Shown piece by piece: positions 8,862 to 17,742 of a DNA stretch of 64,000 nt (positions are counted from its first letter, which is position 1; each line of letters starts with the position of its first letter). Source of the DNA: an uncultured Victivallales bacterium. GTDB lineage: Bacteria; Verrucomicrobiota; Kiritimatiellia; UBA8416; CAYOBW01. Position numbers and translations under genes: made by a program. Below the pieces are notes generated by a model. The model was given only the letters and a program-made list of their open reading frames with translations. It searched no databases and was not told where the DNA came from. Location of the stretch: the NCBI GenBank assembly GCA_964555035.1, contig CAZKRK010000002.1, positions 1,968-65,967 of the forward strand, given 5' to 3'.

Positions 8862-9938
8862 CTAGTTCCTTTTCACTTCCAGGATATAGGACAGGGTCCC
8901 GTCTCCTTCGGTAACGCTTGTGCCGGAAGCCACATAGATGTGGGTCGGACGCCCATCCTGCATCAGGACATGTGGCCGTTGGAACGAACCGGTCAGAAAG
9001 TAGTGTTTGAGCAGATCCGGGTTGACCTTGGGTAGGTAGTGCTCCGGGGGACGCCAGCCGATCTCGGGCCAGGGATCGAACGTGGTGCCGTCCGCGGACT
9101 TCCGCAACAGCCCCCCGCCAAACGCCTTGATGAACTGGTTGTCGGTGGTAAGCAGGTAGACCTTGCCGTCCATCATGAATGCGTGGCCGTCCTCCATCTG
9201 CGTGTACCAGCGTCCTTTCGGCGGGTAGTTCTCGTTGTCGATGACGTACGGTCCCTCGAGCTTCTCAGCCACCGCCAGGCCAATCTTGGCGCCGCCGGCT
9301 CGGAAGTAGAGCAGGTACCTGCCGTCGGGATGCTTGATGAAGGCCGGGTTGATCACCGAACTCTTCCTGAACCAGGCGTCTTCAGACGGCCCGAGGAGCA
9401 TGCCGACCCTCTTCCAGGGACCACCCAGGGATTTGGATGTCGCCATCCCGATGCGCTGCGAGGTCGAGTGCCGCGGCTTCCCTTGTGTCAGGCCAACGGC
9501 ATTCGCGACATAGAACAACACGTACTGCCCATCCACCTTCACGATCAGCGGATCGAACGGGGAGTAGCGGTCCCAGGTGTCCTTTCCGGTTCCTTTCAAC
9601 GCTACATCGACGAACGCGAAAGGACCTTCGGGAGTGTCACCGATGTAGTGTGCGATCTCGGAGTCCTGCCGCCATGAATCGTCAAACGGCTTGGTGTTGG
9701 GAAAGCGCGCCACAAACAGGTGCACCTTGCCCGCATCGTCCATGATCGGGGACGTGCCCCAGATGTGATACCCGGGTTCGTCCACAGCCACGCCGGCGTA
9801 CTCCAGCGATTTGCAGAGTGCAGACTCGCGAAGGTCATTCGGGGTCGGCTCCTGGCGCTTCTCCGCGGCGGTAAGGAGGGTTGTGGCGCACATCAGAAAT
9901 GCCGCCGGCACGAATGGGTATGTTCTATGTTTGGTCAT
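8862..9938 (-). CDS. Secreted Asp-box (BNR) beta-propeller protein, putative glycoside hydrolase (sialidase-like / GH43-like; family unresolved)
   Basis: Signal peptide MTKHRTYPFVPAAFLMCATTLLTAA. Asp-box LLRKSADGTTFDPWP (S-x-D-x-G-x-T-F). Conserved N-terminal block GYHIWGTSPIMDDAGKVHLFVARF. It is 45-50% identical by eye to the next gene. Confidence 0.6.
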   Translation of the reverse strand: MTKHRTYPFVPAAFLMCATTLLTAAEKRQEPTPNDLRESALCKSLEYAGVAVDEPGYHIWGTSPIMDDAGKVHLFVARFPNTKPFDDSWRQDSEIAHYIGDTPEGPFAFVDVALKGTGKDTWDRYSPFDPLIVKVDGQYVLFYVANAVGLTQGKPRHSTSQRIGMATSKSLGGPWKRVGMLLGPSEDAWFRKSSVINPAFIKHPDGRYLLYFRAGGAKIGLAVAEKLEGPYVIDNENYPPKGRWYTQMEDGHAFMMDGKVYLLTTDNQFIKAFGGGLLRKSADGTTFDPWPEIGWRPPEHYLPKVNPDLLKHYFLTGSFQRPHVLMQDGRPTHIYVASGTSVTEGDGTLSYILEVKRN

Positions 9939-10076
9939 GACTCCACCTTGTCTGCATAGTTGTTTCGGTCCGCTCCCCGTAAAACCGTTCTCCAGGACGG
10001 TTCCAACCCACGCGTATTCTCACGGCTCTGCTCGGGCTCTGCTGAACCGTTCTCCAGGGCGGTTCTACGGGATCCT

Positions 10077-11210
10077 TCATTTCGACTTCCCCCAGTTCGC
10101 CTTCAACACATACGACAACGATCCATCCCCACCGGTGACACTACTGCCGGAGGCCACGTAGAGGTAGGTGGGGCGACCGTCAATCAACAGGATCTGCGGC
10201 CGCTGAAAGGTGCCGGCACCGTAGTAGGATTTCCGCCACCCCCCTTTGTTCGACGACGACGGCAGATACGATTTTGGCGACTGGTATCCAATCTTCGGCG
10301 TGGCATCAAAGGTGATCCCGTCATCGGACTTCCAGAGCAGTCCCCCTCCTCGCACGTTAACCCCGTGGTTGTCGGTGGTCAGGAGATAGAACTTCCCGCC
10401 GGACACGAAGGCGGTGCCGTCCTCCACCCGGCGTTCGCTGGTGGAGATGGGCTCGAGTTGGCGGACATAGGGCCCCTCCAGCTTGTCGGCGATCGCCAGG
10501 CCCATGCGGGCGCCCTTGCCCTTGAAGAACAGATGGTACTTGCCGGTGTTGGGATTCTTGGAGAATGCCGGGTTTACACCGCCACCCCTATAATTCCAAT
10601 TCTCCCGGTCCTCGCAGCGAGGGAGGATCAACCCGCCGTCAGGGCCGACCTTTTTCCAAGGGCCGTAAGGCGAATCAGAGACGGCCATTCCCGTTCGCTG
10701 GGTACCGGTATTTCCGGTCGGCCCTTTCGTTATGCCGCACGAGTTGGCGATGAAGATCAATACGTATTTCCCATCGACTCGTTGAATGCAGGGATTGTGG
10801 TAACCATAACGATCCCAGGTGTCCTCGCCTGTACCGCGCATGGCGACATCGGAGAACTCGAAGGGGCCTTCCGGCCCGTCGCCGACATAGTGCGCGATTT
10901 CCGAATCATGCCTCCATCCGGCGTTAAAGCTCCGGGGGTATGAAACCAGATCGATTAAGCCTGTCCGGCTTGGATATCGCGCCACAAAAAGATGAACCTT
11001 GCCCTCGTCGTCCATGACGGGGGAGGTCCCCCAGCAATGGTACCCGGGTTCGTCCACCGCCACCCCGACATACTCCAGCACTCGGCAGAAATCCGACTCT
11101 TTGATGTCGGGAGTGGGGACAGCCGTCTTCTTTCTTGCCCCGAAAGCGGTCGATACGCACGCCAGGCATGCTGCCAGCGCAAATGGGAACATCTTGTTTC
11201 GCATAGTCAT
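10077..11210 (-). CDS. Secreted Asp-box (BNR) beta-propeller protein, tandem paralog of 8862-9938
   Basis: Track ORF 10077..11270. The likely start is MTMRNKMFPFALAACLACVSTAFG (signal peptide) at 11210, or MRNK at 11204. Asp-box LLWKSDDGITFDATP. N-terminal block GYHCWGTSPVMDDEGKVHLFVARYPSRT. Confidence 0.6.
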   Translation of the reverse strand: MTMRNKMFPFALAACLACVSTAFGARKKTAVPTPDIKESDFCRVLEYVGVAVDEPGYHCWGTSPVMDDEGKVHLFVARYPSRTGLIDLVSYPRSFNAGWRHDSEIAHYVGDGPEGPFEFSDVAMRGTGEDTWDRYGYHNPCIQRVDGKYVLIFIANSCGITKGPTGNTGTQRTGMAVSDSPYGPWKKVGPDGGLILPRCEDRENWNYRGGGVNPAFSKNPNTGKYHLFFKGKGARMGLAIADKLEGPYVRQLEPISTSERRVEDGTAFVSGGKFYLLTTDNHGVNVRGGGLLWKSDDGITFDATPKIGYQSPKSYLPSSSNKGGWRKSYYGAGTFQRPQILLIDGRPTYLYVASGSSVTGGDGSLSYVLKANWGKSK

Positions 11211-11294
11211 GTGTCCTTTCTCTTCTTCGGTCACCTCGCGCACATAGTCACGTTCGTCCAGCTTCGTCATGCAGACGGCTCCTCTGACAGGTGT

Positions 11295-14200
11295 TTAGAT
11301 ACTGCCATGATCCGCCCCCCCCCTCCTACGCCCGACCTGGAATGGTCGGTGGAAGCGCAATTCGCGAAGCGTGGCGCCACTACAGGTCACCCGAACCTTC
11401 CGCGCACCAATCGGCTCCGGCAAACGCTGGAGCGTTCCTTCTTGCCTCGAAAGACCGACATAGCCGGAAGCCACCAACTCCCACCCGCCGTTGCGCCATG
11501 CCTCGATCCGATAGCCGGGCACGACGCCTCCTGTTCGTGCCGCATTGATGTAGATCCAATCCGAAGCGAGAGGCACCTCAAATTCGTACACCGCTGTGGA
11601 TGATCCGTTCGTGGCGGAGAATGCCGGCCCGGTTTCGAAGTCGAAGTCGCTCAGGGAGTCGACATCTGCTTCGGTGCCCTTTTCCCCGTTTTTGCTCATA
11701 AGGCTCGGAGTCACAACAGTTGCATCGAGATTCTGACGCGTGAGGTAGGTGCGAAGCAGTCGCTGTTCCCAGAATGACTGTCCCCCAATCTCGATCTCCG
11801 CCTGTAGTCCGGGCGGAAGCACCGCGTAGTCTTCGCGCGGCTCACCGTCCAGTACGCGTTTCATCCCTCCGCCGTTGAGGTCCAGCACGTACCCGTTCCG
11901 CAGCATGAAGCAGGTGCTGTAACGACCGTAGGGTCGCACGAAGTGTCCCTTCAGTCTGAGTGTCAATCCACCCGTATAGTGCTTCTCGTGTATTTGCTCC
12001 CGTCTGGTCGACATGTTCATCACGATCGGTACTTCGTACTTGAACGCCGTCTCGCCGATCCTGTAGTCGCACTTCAATACCAGGTCGGGATCGAGAGACC
12101 TGTCGAACGGGTATCGGGGTCCCTGGCGCCCCTCCCTGTCGGCAAGATCCACAGTGATCGGCTCCCGGAGCATTCTGCGGCTGTGGTCCTCGATTGTCAC
12201 TGTGCCCGTCACGCGAGGAAGGAACTCATCCGTCCTCTCGTTGAAAGCTCCCCTCAGATGATTGAGACGCCTGTTGCAGGCAAGCATGGTGTTGATCATC
12301 AGCGACCCGTCGGGCGCTGGCTTGGCGGTGTTGAGGATCTCCACATTGTATCCGAACGCGAGATGCCGACAGGTCGCTGTTTCCAGAGCCGACAACCCGC
12401 GGACGCGTTTGAGTGCCGCATCGATCCGCGGGCCGTAGTCCCGCGCGATCTCCGCGGCTCGCTCGCCATACTTGCGTGGCGATACGGGCAGTGCTTCGAG
12501 CGCCCGCAACCCTTCCTTGAGCACCGTGGGGCTCTGCTGGCCGAGAAACGCGTCCAGAATGATCCAGCTACGGTGGTAGGTCCGGTGCAAACGCCGGGAG
12601 CTGCGATGCACGAACTGGAAAGGTCTCGCCGATTCGGTCTGATATTCTGCTTTCCCGGTGATGGCCAGATTCCGTTTGCCGGCATTGAGCATGAAGATGC
12701 TGTTGCCCAGGCCGAAAAAGGGCTGCCCCAGCGGCAAGCCACCCAGTGCCATTGACGCGTCGCCGGTGTTGACCCCGAGATACCCGTGGAATGGGCGCTT
12801 GTAGGAGAGCAGCCACTGTATGGCGGTCATCGAATCGATATAGTGTTCCCGGTTTACGTTCGCGGCCGCGGCAGTAGCCCACGTCATCGACAGTTCGCCG
12901 CCGCCATGCGCCTGGTCGCAGTTGCCATAGGGCGGCGTGGTGTAGATGCGTTGCGCCGCTGACCGGAAGGGCTCTGTGCCGCCGCGCAACCGACACGCAA
13001 TGAAGCAGGGCGCATTGCCCAATGCGCCGGCCTGCCCGTGCGACGTCAGCGCATCTCCGGGGTTGTTCCTGTAGAACCCGTCACCGCGGCCATAAGGGAG
13101 TTTTCCCGCCGGCCCGATTTCCGATGCCCGTTCGAGCAGGCGGTCGAGATTGTACATCAGCTCATCATTCTCACCAATCGGCGTGTGCGAGCAGAGCGCC
13201 CAGGCAGCGGCCAATACGCCACTTGGACCAATCCACCCATATCCGCTATAGCCGGGACCGGACTTGTGGCCGGCGAGGTAGTCCGGCTGAAGGTACTTCG
13301 TCAGGTTCAGCGCAAGAAGTTCCAAGCGCCCGAAGATAACGGGGTCCCGTGTACGCAAGTAGTATTCGGCGAGGAAGACCACTTCAAAACTGTCGATGTA
13401 TGTCCATGTCGTTCTTCCGCCATGCTCCGCAACAAAGTAGGCCGCCTTCCTGATCGCGTCGTCATACCCGGGGTCTCCCGTAGCCATGAGTCCCAGTCCA
13501 CACATCGACGTACACAGCGTCGGACCGCTGTACGCCCCCGTTCTCGGGCTCCAGCGCCCATCCTCTTTCTGCTGTTGAAGCAGGCCTAGCGCCAGCATGG
13601 CCGAGTAGTTGCGAACCTTGAGACCGTCGGGGTCAAATTCACGGCCGAACGATCCAGTCCGGTCAACAGGCACCCGCACCTTCTTGATGTACGGCTTCCA
13701 CTGCGCCGGGGGGGTCCATGGCTCTGCCCCTTCGATTACGAATGTGCGGGCCACGCTGTTGTCGACAGCCACCTCCCCCTCCAGGCGCCATTCCCCTTGC
13801 GGAAGGTCCACGATCATGCTCACCGCGGCATCGCGAAGATACAAGCCGCCGTCCCGTGATAGTCCATTGTTTCGCAAAGCCCCCGGCTCGCCGTCCACCT
13901 CTGTCCACGCGACATTCCAGTCTTCAGCGCCCAGCGACACCCCGGACCTGTCGACCAACCTGACGTCGGTAAGCTCCAGCGGCCTATGCTTGGGTGGTTG
14001 TCGACGGCCACGCTCGGTCCGAGCAGCGGGAGCAGGTCTGGGTTCCAGCGATATACGAAACCGGTCGTACCCGGACAGCGACACGGAAAACGGCCCATCC
14101 CCAACAGCGCGATGGAGCGGTTTCCAGGTGCTCGTGCCTTGCAGTCGCACCGGATGCCGCCCACTGTAAAGCGTGAAACACGGATCTACGAACTCCCGCC

Positions 14201-15272
14201 GATCCCTGTACTCCCTGTGAGTGCGGGCAACCACCTTCGCACTCCTTGCTATGAGCAGCCCGCATTCGAAATGGTCGTACCCCTCGGGGATGGAATAGAC
14301 GAATGAGGCACCAACCTGGGTTACGTAGAAATCAGTGAGAGGCTTCCCGTCAGCTCCAACCAGGGAACCCTTCTCGGCCCTCCATCCACCTTGGCGCCCG
14401 TCCCGGATCATACTCTTGCGCTTGTTGTCTGCCGCCGACATCTCGAGGGGCGAAACCTTCGTCAAGCTGAGTTCGCCGGCCCGACCTGTGAGCCGCGCGG
14501 CGATGACGTGCACCATGGCCGCAACCGGAACTCCGCGTTTCCTTCCTCCTTCAATGCTGGATAGCGGGAAATGCAGCCGTATCGAGCTCGCCCCCCTGGT
14601 TGGGATTGACACCTTACGGATACGCGAAGTGTAGTCGATCAGCCCGACCTTGCGTGTCGCAATCGCCACCGGCTCATCCTTCGGGAATCGAAACACAGAC
14701 AGGTCCATGTGACCGCGCTCTTCCGCGGCATCCAAAGCCAGACCGGCGTTGATTTTCAGTAACCGTATACTCGTGAAGCCAATCTTGTCTCTACGATCCA
14801 GGAAGAAGTGCCGACCGTCACGCAAACGTTTGCCGTCCATTTCGTATATGAGATCCCCGACATCCAGTCTGCCAAGAGACGGTGAGCGCTCGTAAATCTT
14901 GGTAACCTCCAGACAGTTGACGGCCAGCCCATCGTCATACTGCAGCTCCAGTGGCCAAGCCTGGCGCATCTGCATGCTCCCGAACTCGCGCTGCGACTGC
15001 ATGAGCACGTGCACGCCGATCGGACCAAGATCGATATCCCGGCCGCCCTTGACCGACTTGATCGCCGTGAACTGCCTCTCAGATATATCTCTTTCCCCGG
15101 CCTGGCTGCTGGGTTGCACGCGGTCCAGCCGTGGAGGAATCTCGCGCTCGTATTTCGCCACCCATTGAGCAAGGTCAAAGTCAGCGCCCGGGCGGTTCTC
15201 GGCCACACCTGGAGTTCCCGTTCCAGCCAACACAAATGCCGATAGCATCCAACCTGCCGCGCGTGGTCTCAT
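11295..15272 (-). CDS. Large secreted protein (about 1326 aa) of unknown function, with an alpha-helical (toroid-like) central region and a C-terminal F5/8 type C (discoidin)-like domain. Putative glycan-active enzyme.
   Basis: Track ORF 11295..15431. The internal start MRPRAAGWMLSAFVLAGTGTPGVAE (signal peptide) at 15272 avoids overlap with the sulfatase gene at 15313. The C-terminal block AVYEFEVPLASDWIYINAARTGGVVPGYRIEAWRNGGWELVASGYVG...RKVRVTCSGATLRELRF is discoidin-like. No catalytic family was assigned. Confidence 0.6.
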   Translation of the reverse strand: MRPRAAGWMLSAFVLAGTGTPGVAENRPGADFDLAQWVAKYEREIPPRLDRVQPSSQAGERDISERQFTAIKSVKGGRDIDLGPIGVHVLMQSQREFGSMQMRQAWPLELQYDDGLAVNCLEVTKIYERSPSLGRLDVGDLIYEMDGKRLRDGRHFFLDRRDKIGFTSIRLLKINAGLALDAAEERGHMDLSVFRFPKDEPVAIATRKVGLIDYTSRIRKVSIPTRGASSIRLHFPLSSIEGGRKRGVPVAAMVHVIAARLTGRAGELSLTKVSPLEMSAADNKRKSMIRDGRQGGWRAEKGSLVGADGKPLTDFYVTQVGASFVYSIPEGYDHFECGLLIARSAKVVARTHREYRDRREFVDPCFTLYSGRHPVRLQGTSTWKPLHRAVGDGPFSVSLSGYDRFRISLEPRPAPAARTERGRRQPPKHRPLELTDVRLVDRSGVSLGAEDWNVAWTEVDGEPGALRNNGLSRDGGLYLRDAAVSMIVDLPQGEWRLEGEVAVDNSVARTFVIEGAEPWTPPAQWKPYIKKVRVPVDRTGSFGREFDPDGLKVRNYSAMLALGLLQQQKEDGRWSPRTGAYSGPTLCTSMCGLGLMATGDPGYDDAIRKAAYFVAEHGGRTTWTYIDSFEVVFLAEYYLRTRDPVIFGRLELLALNLTKYLQPDYLAGHKSGPGYSGYGWIGPSGVLAAAWALCSHTPIGENDELMYNLDRLLERASEIGPAGKLPYGRGDGFYRNNPGDALTSHGQAGALGNAPCFIACRLRGGTEPFRSAAQRIYTTPPYGNCDQAHGGGELSMTWATAAAANVNREHYIDSMTAIQWLLSYKRPFHGYLGVNTGDASMALGGLPLGQPFFGLGNSIFMLNAGKRNLAITGKAEYQTESARPFQFVHRSSRRLHRTYHRSWIILDAFLGQQSPTVLKEGLRALEALPVSPRKYGERAAEIARDYGPRIDAALKRVRGLSALETATCRHLAFGYNVEILNTAKPAPDGSLMINTMLACNRRLNHLRGAFNERTDEFLPRVTGTVTIEDHSRRMLREPITVDLADREGRQGPRYPFDRSLDPDLVLKCDYRIGETAFKYEVPIVMNMSTRREQIHEKHYTGGLTLRLKGHFVRPYGRYSTCFMLRNGYVLDLNGGGMKRVLDGEPREDYAVLPPGLQAEIEIGGQSFWEQRLLRTYLTRQNLDATVVTPSLMSKNGEKGTEADVDSLSDFDFETGPAFSATNGSSTAVYEFEVPLASDWIYINAARTGGVVPGYRIEAWRNGGWELVASGYVGLSRQEGTLQRLPEPIGARKVRVTCSGATLRELRFHRPFQVGRRRGGADHGSI

Positions 15273-15312
15273 CTTCAGTTTCCTGTCTTGTTTGCACCTG
15301 TCTGTCCGGGCC

Positions 15313-16848
15313 TCAAGGCCGCGATCGACCGCCGGTGACAATCTCGTTAAGCTGAGCCAGAAGGCGGCTGACGACCTTCGGGTTCTTTGCCGACACCTCC
15401 TGCTTCTCCATCTTGCCCATGGAGAGATCATACAGCCTGCACACTACCGGTTTGCCGTTCAGCTTGCCCTTGGTGCCCTTCTTCGATTGCCCGCACATTA
15501 TCTTCCAATTGCCGGCCCGCAACGCAAAGCCCTTGGTTGATGTGACCTGCTGAACGACGTGGTCGCGTCCCTCTGCATCCGCTTCCCCCATCAGCGCATC
15601 AAGCACGTCGAGACTATCCGGACAAGCCGTGTCGGGGAGCTCCACCCCCACAAGCGCTGCCATGCTGGCAGGCAGATCGACCGTGCTCACCATCTTGTCC
15701 GACACGCCGGGCTGTATGTGCCCTTTCCAGTACGTAATGAACGGCGTACGTGTGCCACCCTCGAGGATGGTGTATTTCCCACCACTGTAGAGACCGGCGG
15801 GCCTATGCCCCTTGAGCAGTTGCGCGGCGCCGTCCTTGTAGCCATCCGTGACCACCGGTCCGTTGTCGGAGCAGAATACAACCAGGGTGTTCTCCGTCAG
15901 TTCCAACCGATCAAGCGTCTTCATGATCTCGCCGACACCCCAGTCCAACTGGATGATCGCATCACCTCGATAGCCGTGGATTGTCTTCCCCTGGAAACGC
16001 TCGTGCGGCATGCGCGGCGTGTGGATGTCGTGAGATGCGAAGAAGAGGAAGAACGGCTGATTCTTGTTCTCTTCGATCCATTTGACCGACTCCTCCACCC
16101 ACTTCAAGCCCAAGTCCTCGTCGCGCCAACGCGCCGAGTGGCCGCCCGTGTAGTAGCCCAGCCGGCTGATTCCGTTGTGAATCGTCAGGCTGTGCTTCTT
16201 CGTGTAATCCATCCGGAGGGTGTGACGATGCGTTTTGCCGGTCGGATGATCGGGCTCATGGGGCGGCTTGGTGAAACTGCCCACCCAGAGCGGATCCTTG
16301 GGGTCCAGGTTGACTACACGATGATTCCGCACGTAGACATTCGGCACCCGGTCATTTGTGGTCGGCAAGATGAAGCTGTAGTCAAAGCCAATCTCACGCG
16401 GCCCCGGCTTGATGTCGCCGTTCCAGTCGGGTCCGTTTTTCGGGTCGTCACCCAGCCCCAGATGCCACTTCCCGATCACCGCTGTCCGGTAACCGGCCTT
16501 CTTGAGCAGGGAAGCGATAGTCTCCGTGCCGGGCATGATCCAGGCGGAGTCGTTGGAACCCGCTACACCCCGCTTTTTCTGGCGGAAAGCATAGGTGCCG
16601 GTCAGGAAAGAATAGCGCGTGGGTGTGCAGGTAGAGGCCGTACAGTAGCCGTCCGTGAAACGCAGCCCGCCGGCCGCAAGCCGGTCGATGTTCGGTGTTT
16701 CAAATGTCTTGGCGCCGTAGCACGAGACATCGCCGTAACCGAGATCGTCGGCCATGATGACAATGATATTGGGCCGGGCGGCATGCGTTCCCCCGGCGAT
16801 CATGCTCACCATACACACCACTATCAGAAGTAGATTCCGCATCCCCAT
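15313..16848 (-). CDS. Formylglycine-dependent sulfatase (S1 family arylsulfatase-like)
   Basis: Track ORF 15313..16953. The likely start is MGMRNLLLIVVCMVSMIAGGTHA (signal peptide) at 16848, or MRNL at 16842. Signature residues: PNIIVIMADDLGYGD, STCTPTRYSFLTG (C-x-P-x-R), GKWHLG. Confidence 0.85.
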   Translation of the reverse strand: MGMRNLLLIVVCMVSMIAGGTHAARPNIIVIMADDLGYGDVSCYGAKTFETPNIDRLAAGGLRFTDGYCTASTCTPTRYSFLTGTYAFRQKKRGVAGSNDSAWIMPGTETIASLLKKAGYRTAVIGKWHLGLGDDPKNGPDWNGDIKPGPREIGFDYSFILPTTNDRVPNVYVRNHRVVNLDPKDPLWVGSFTKPPHEPDHPTGKTHRHTLRMDYTKKHSLTIHNGISRLGYYTGGHSARWRDEDLGLKWVEESVKWIEENKNQPFFLFFASHDIHTPRMPHERFQGKTIHGYRGDAIIQLDWGVGEIMKTLDRLELTENTLVVFCSDNGPVVTDGYKDGAAQLLKGHRPAGLYSGGKYTILEGGTRTPFITYWKGHIQPGVSDKMVSTVDLPASMAALVGVELPDTACPDSLDVLDALMGEADAEGRDHVVQQVTSTKGFALRAGNWKIMCGQSKKGTKGKLNGKPVVCRLYDLSMGKMEKQEVSAKNPKVVSRLLAQLNEIVTGGRSRP

Positions 16849-16925
16849 TCGAACTCCTCTCTCCCATACCCACACACGCTCTCTCACTTTCTCAGTCCCA
16901 TCCTTCTTCTCACCCGTTTCCCGCG

Positions 16926-17618
16926 CTAGCGGACCAACAAGACCGTTCCCCACAAGGACAGCGTCTCGAGGTGAACGTCGTCGAAGTTGACCTCAAAGAG
17001 GGTGGGCGGCGCTTCGGCGATAAGCCGGATCTCCAGGGATTGTCCAAGCTGCGCGTGAGCATCGTCCGAATCGTAGGTCAACCCGCAGACTTCCCACTCC
17101 CCGGAATCCGGAGTGGGTCCGCTGTCGTAGGCCAGAAGCACGCCACCGGCCAGTAGCTCGATGCGATGATCGCCTTCGGATGCGCCGTTCTCAACCGCAT
17201 TGACAAGAGGGTTGCCCACTTGGACGCTCAGCACGTATCTGGTAAAGGGCCTCAATGTCTCGGACAGGACCTGGCCAAGGCCCACCTCATCCTCTTCACC
17301 ACCACCCCAGTCCTCACCAAAGCTGTAGGCCACGTTTGTGCCTTGAATAGCGCCGGCCGCGTACCCCTCTCCCCCCGTCTCGGGGTGTGCACACCCGGCA
17401 TAGTGGTCCGGACTGGTAGGAAGCCATTCGGAGGGATCTCCCTGCAGTGCATAGTATCCATTGGTCCATCCGGGTGCGCTCTCAGTCCAGTCCCCCTCCT
17501 CGAGCGGCGGATCCTCGAACCCGGCATTCACGATGGCGATGTCATCCGCCCGGCCCCCGCCGACTGAAGCCAGGACAATCACCGCGGCAGAAATCCTCAG
17601 CATGGCCTGTTCCTTCAT
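16926..17618 (-). CDS. Secreted DUF642-like / PEP-CTERM-protein-like hypothetical protein with an abbreviated C-terminus ...FDDVHLETLSLWGTVLLVR
   Basis: Track ORF 16926..17678. The probable start is MKEQAMLRISAAVIVLASVGGGRA (signal peptide) at 17618. The IVNAGFEDP...W start and the FDDVHLE end are typical of DUF642 / PEP-CTERM cargo domains, but no PEP motif or transmembrane tail follows. Confidence 0.55.
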   Translation of the reverse strand: MKEQAMLRISAAVIVLASVGGGRADDIAIVNAGFEDPPLEEGDWTESAPGWTNGYYALQGDPSEWLPTSPDHYAGCAHPETGGEGYAAGAIQGTNVAYSFGEDWGGGEEDEVGLGQVLSETLRPFTRYVLSVQVGNPLVNAVENGASEGDHRIELLAGGVLLAYDSGPTPDSGEWEVCGLTYDSDDAHAQLGQSLEIRLIAEAPPTLFEVNFDDVHLETLSLWGTVLLVR

Positions 17619-17742
17619 GAGTCTCGTCTCCCGTTCAACAGAATGACCGTGCTGCTCATTGTTCGTTTTCCTTCTCATTCCGCCCGGAAAGCCACGGTGG
17701 CGCCCGGCCGAGCGACCGGCGTGGTCAATTGACTGCGTCGTT

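Noticed and set aside
15559-16833. 424-aa plus-strand ORF
   Set aside because: It is antisense to the sulfatase 15313-16848 (CTPTR, GKWHLG motifs present on the minus strand) and has no domain.
11295-16953. Track-suggested long N-terminal extensions (starts at 15431, 16953, 11270, 20483, 40074, 58268, 17678)
   Set aside because: The extensions precede obvious signal peptides, would create 28-120 nt overlaps with upstream genes, and are R-rich antisense-like sequence. The internal Met immediately before the hydrophobic h-region was chosen instead.
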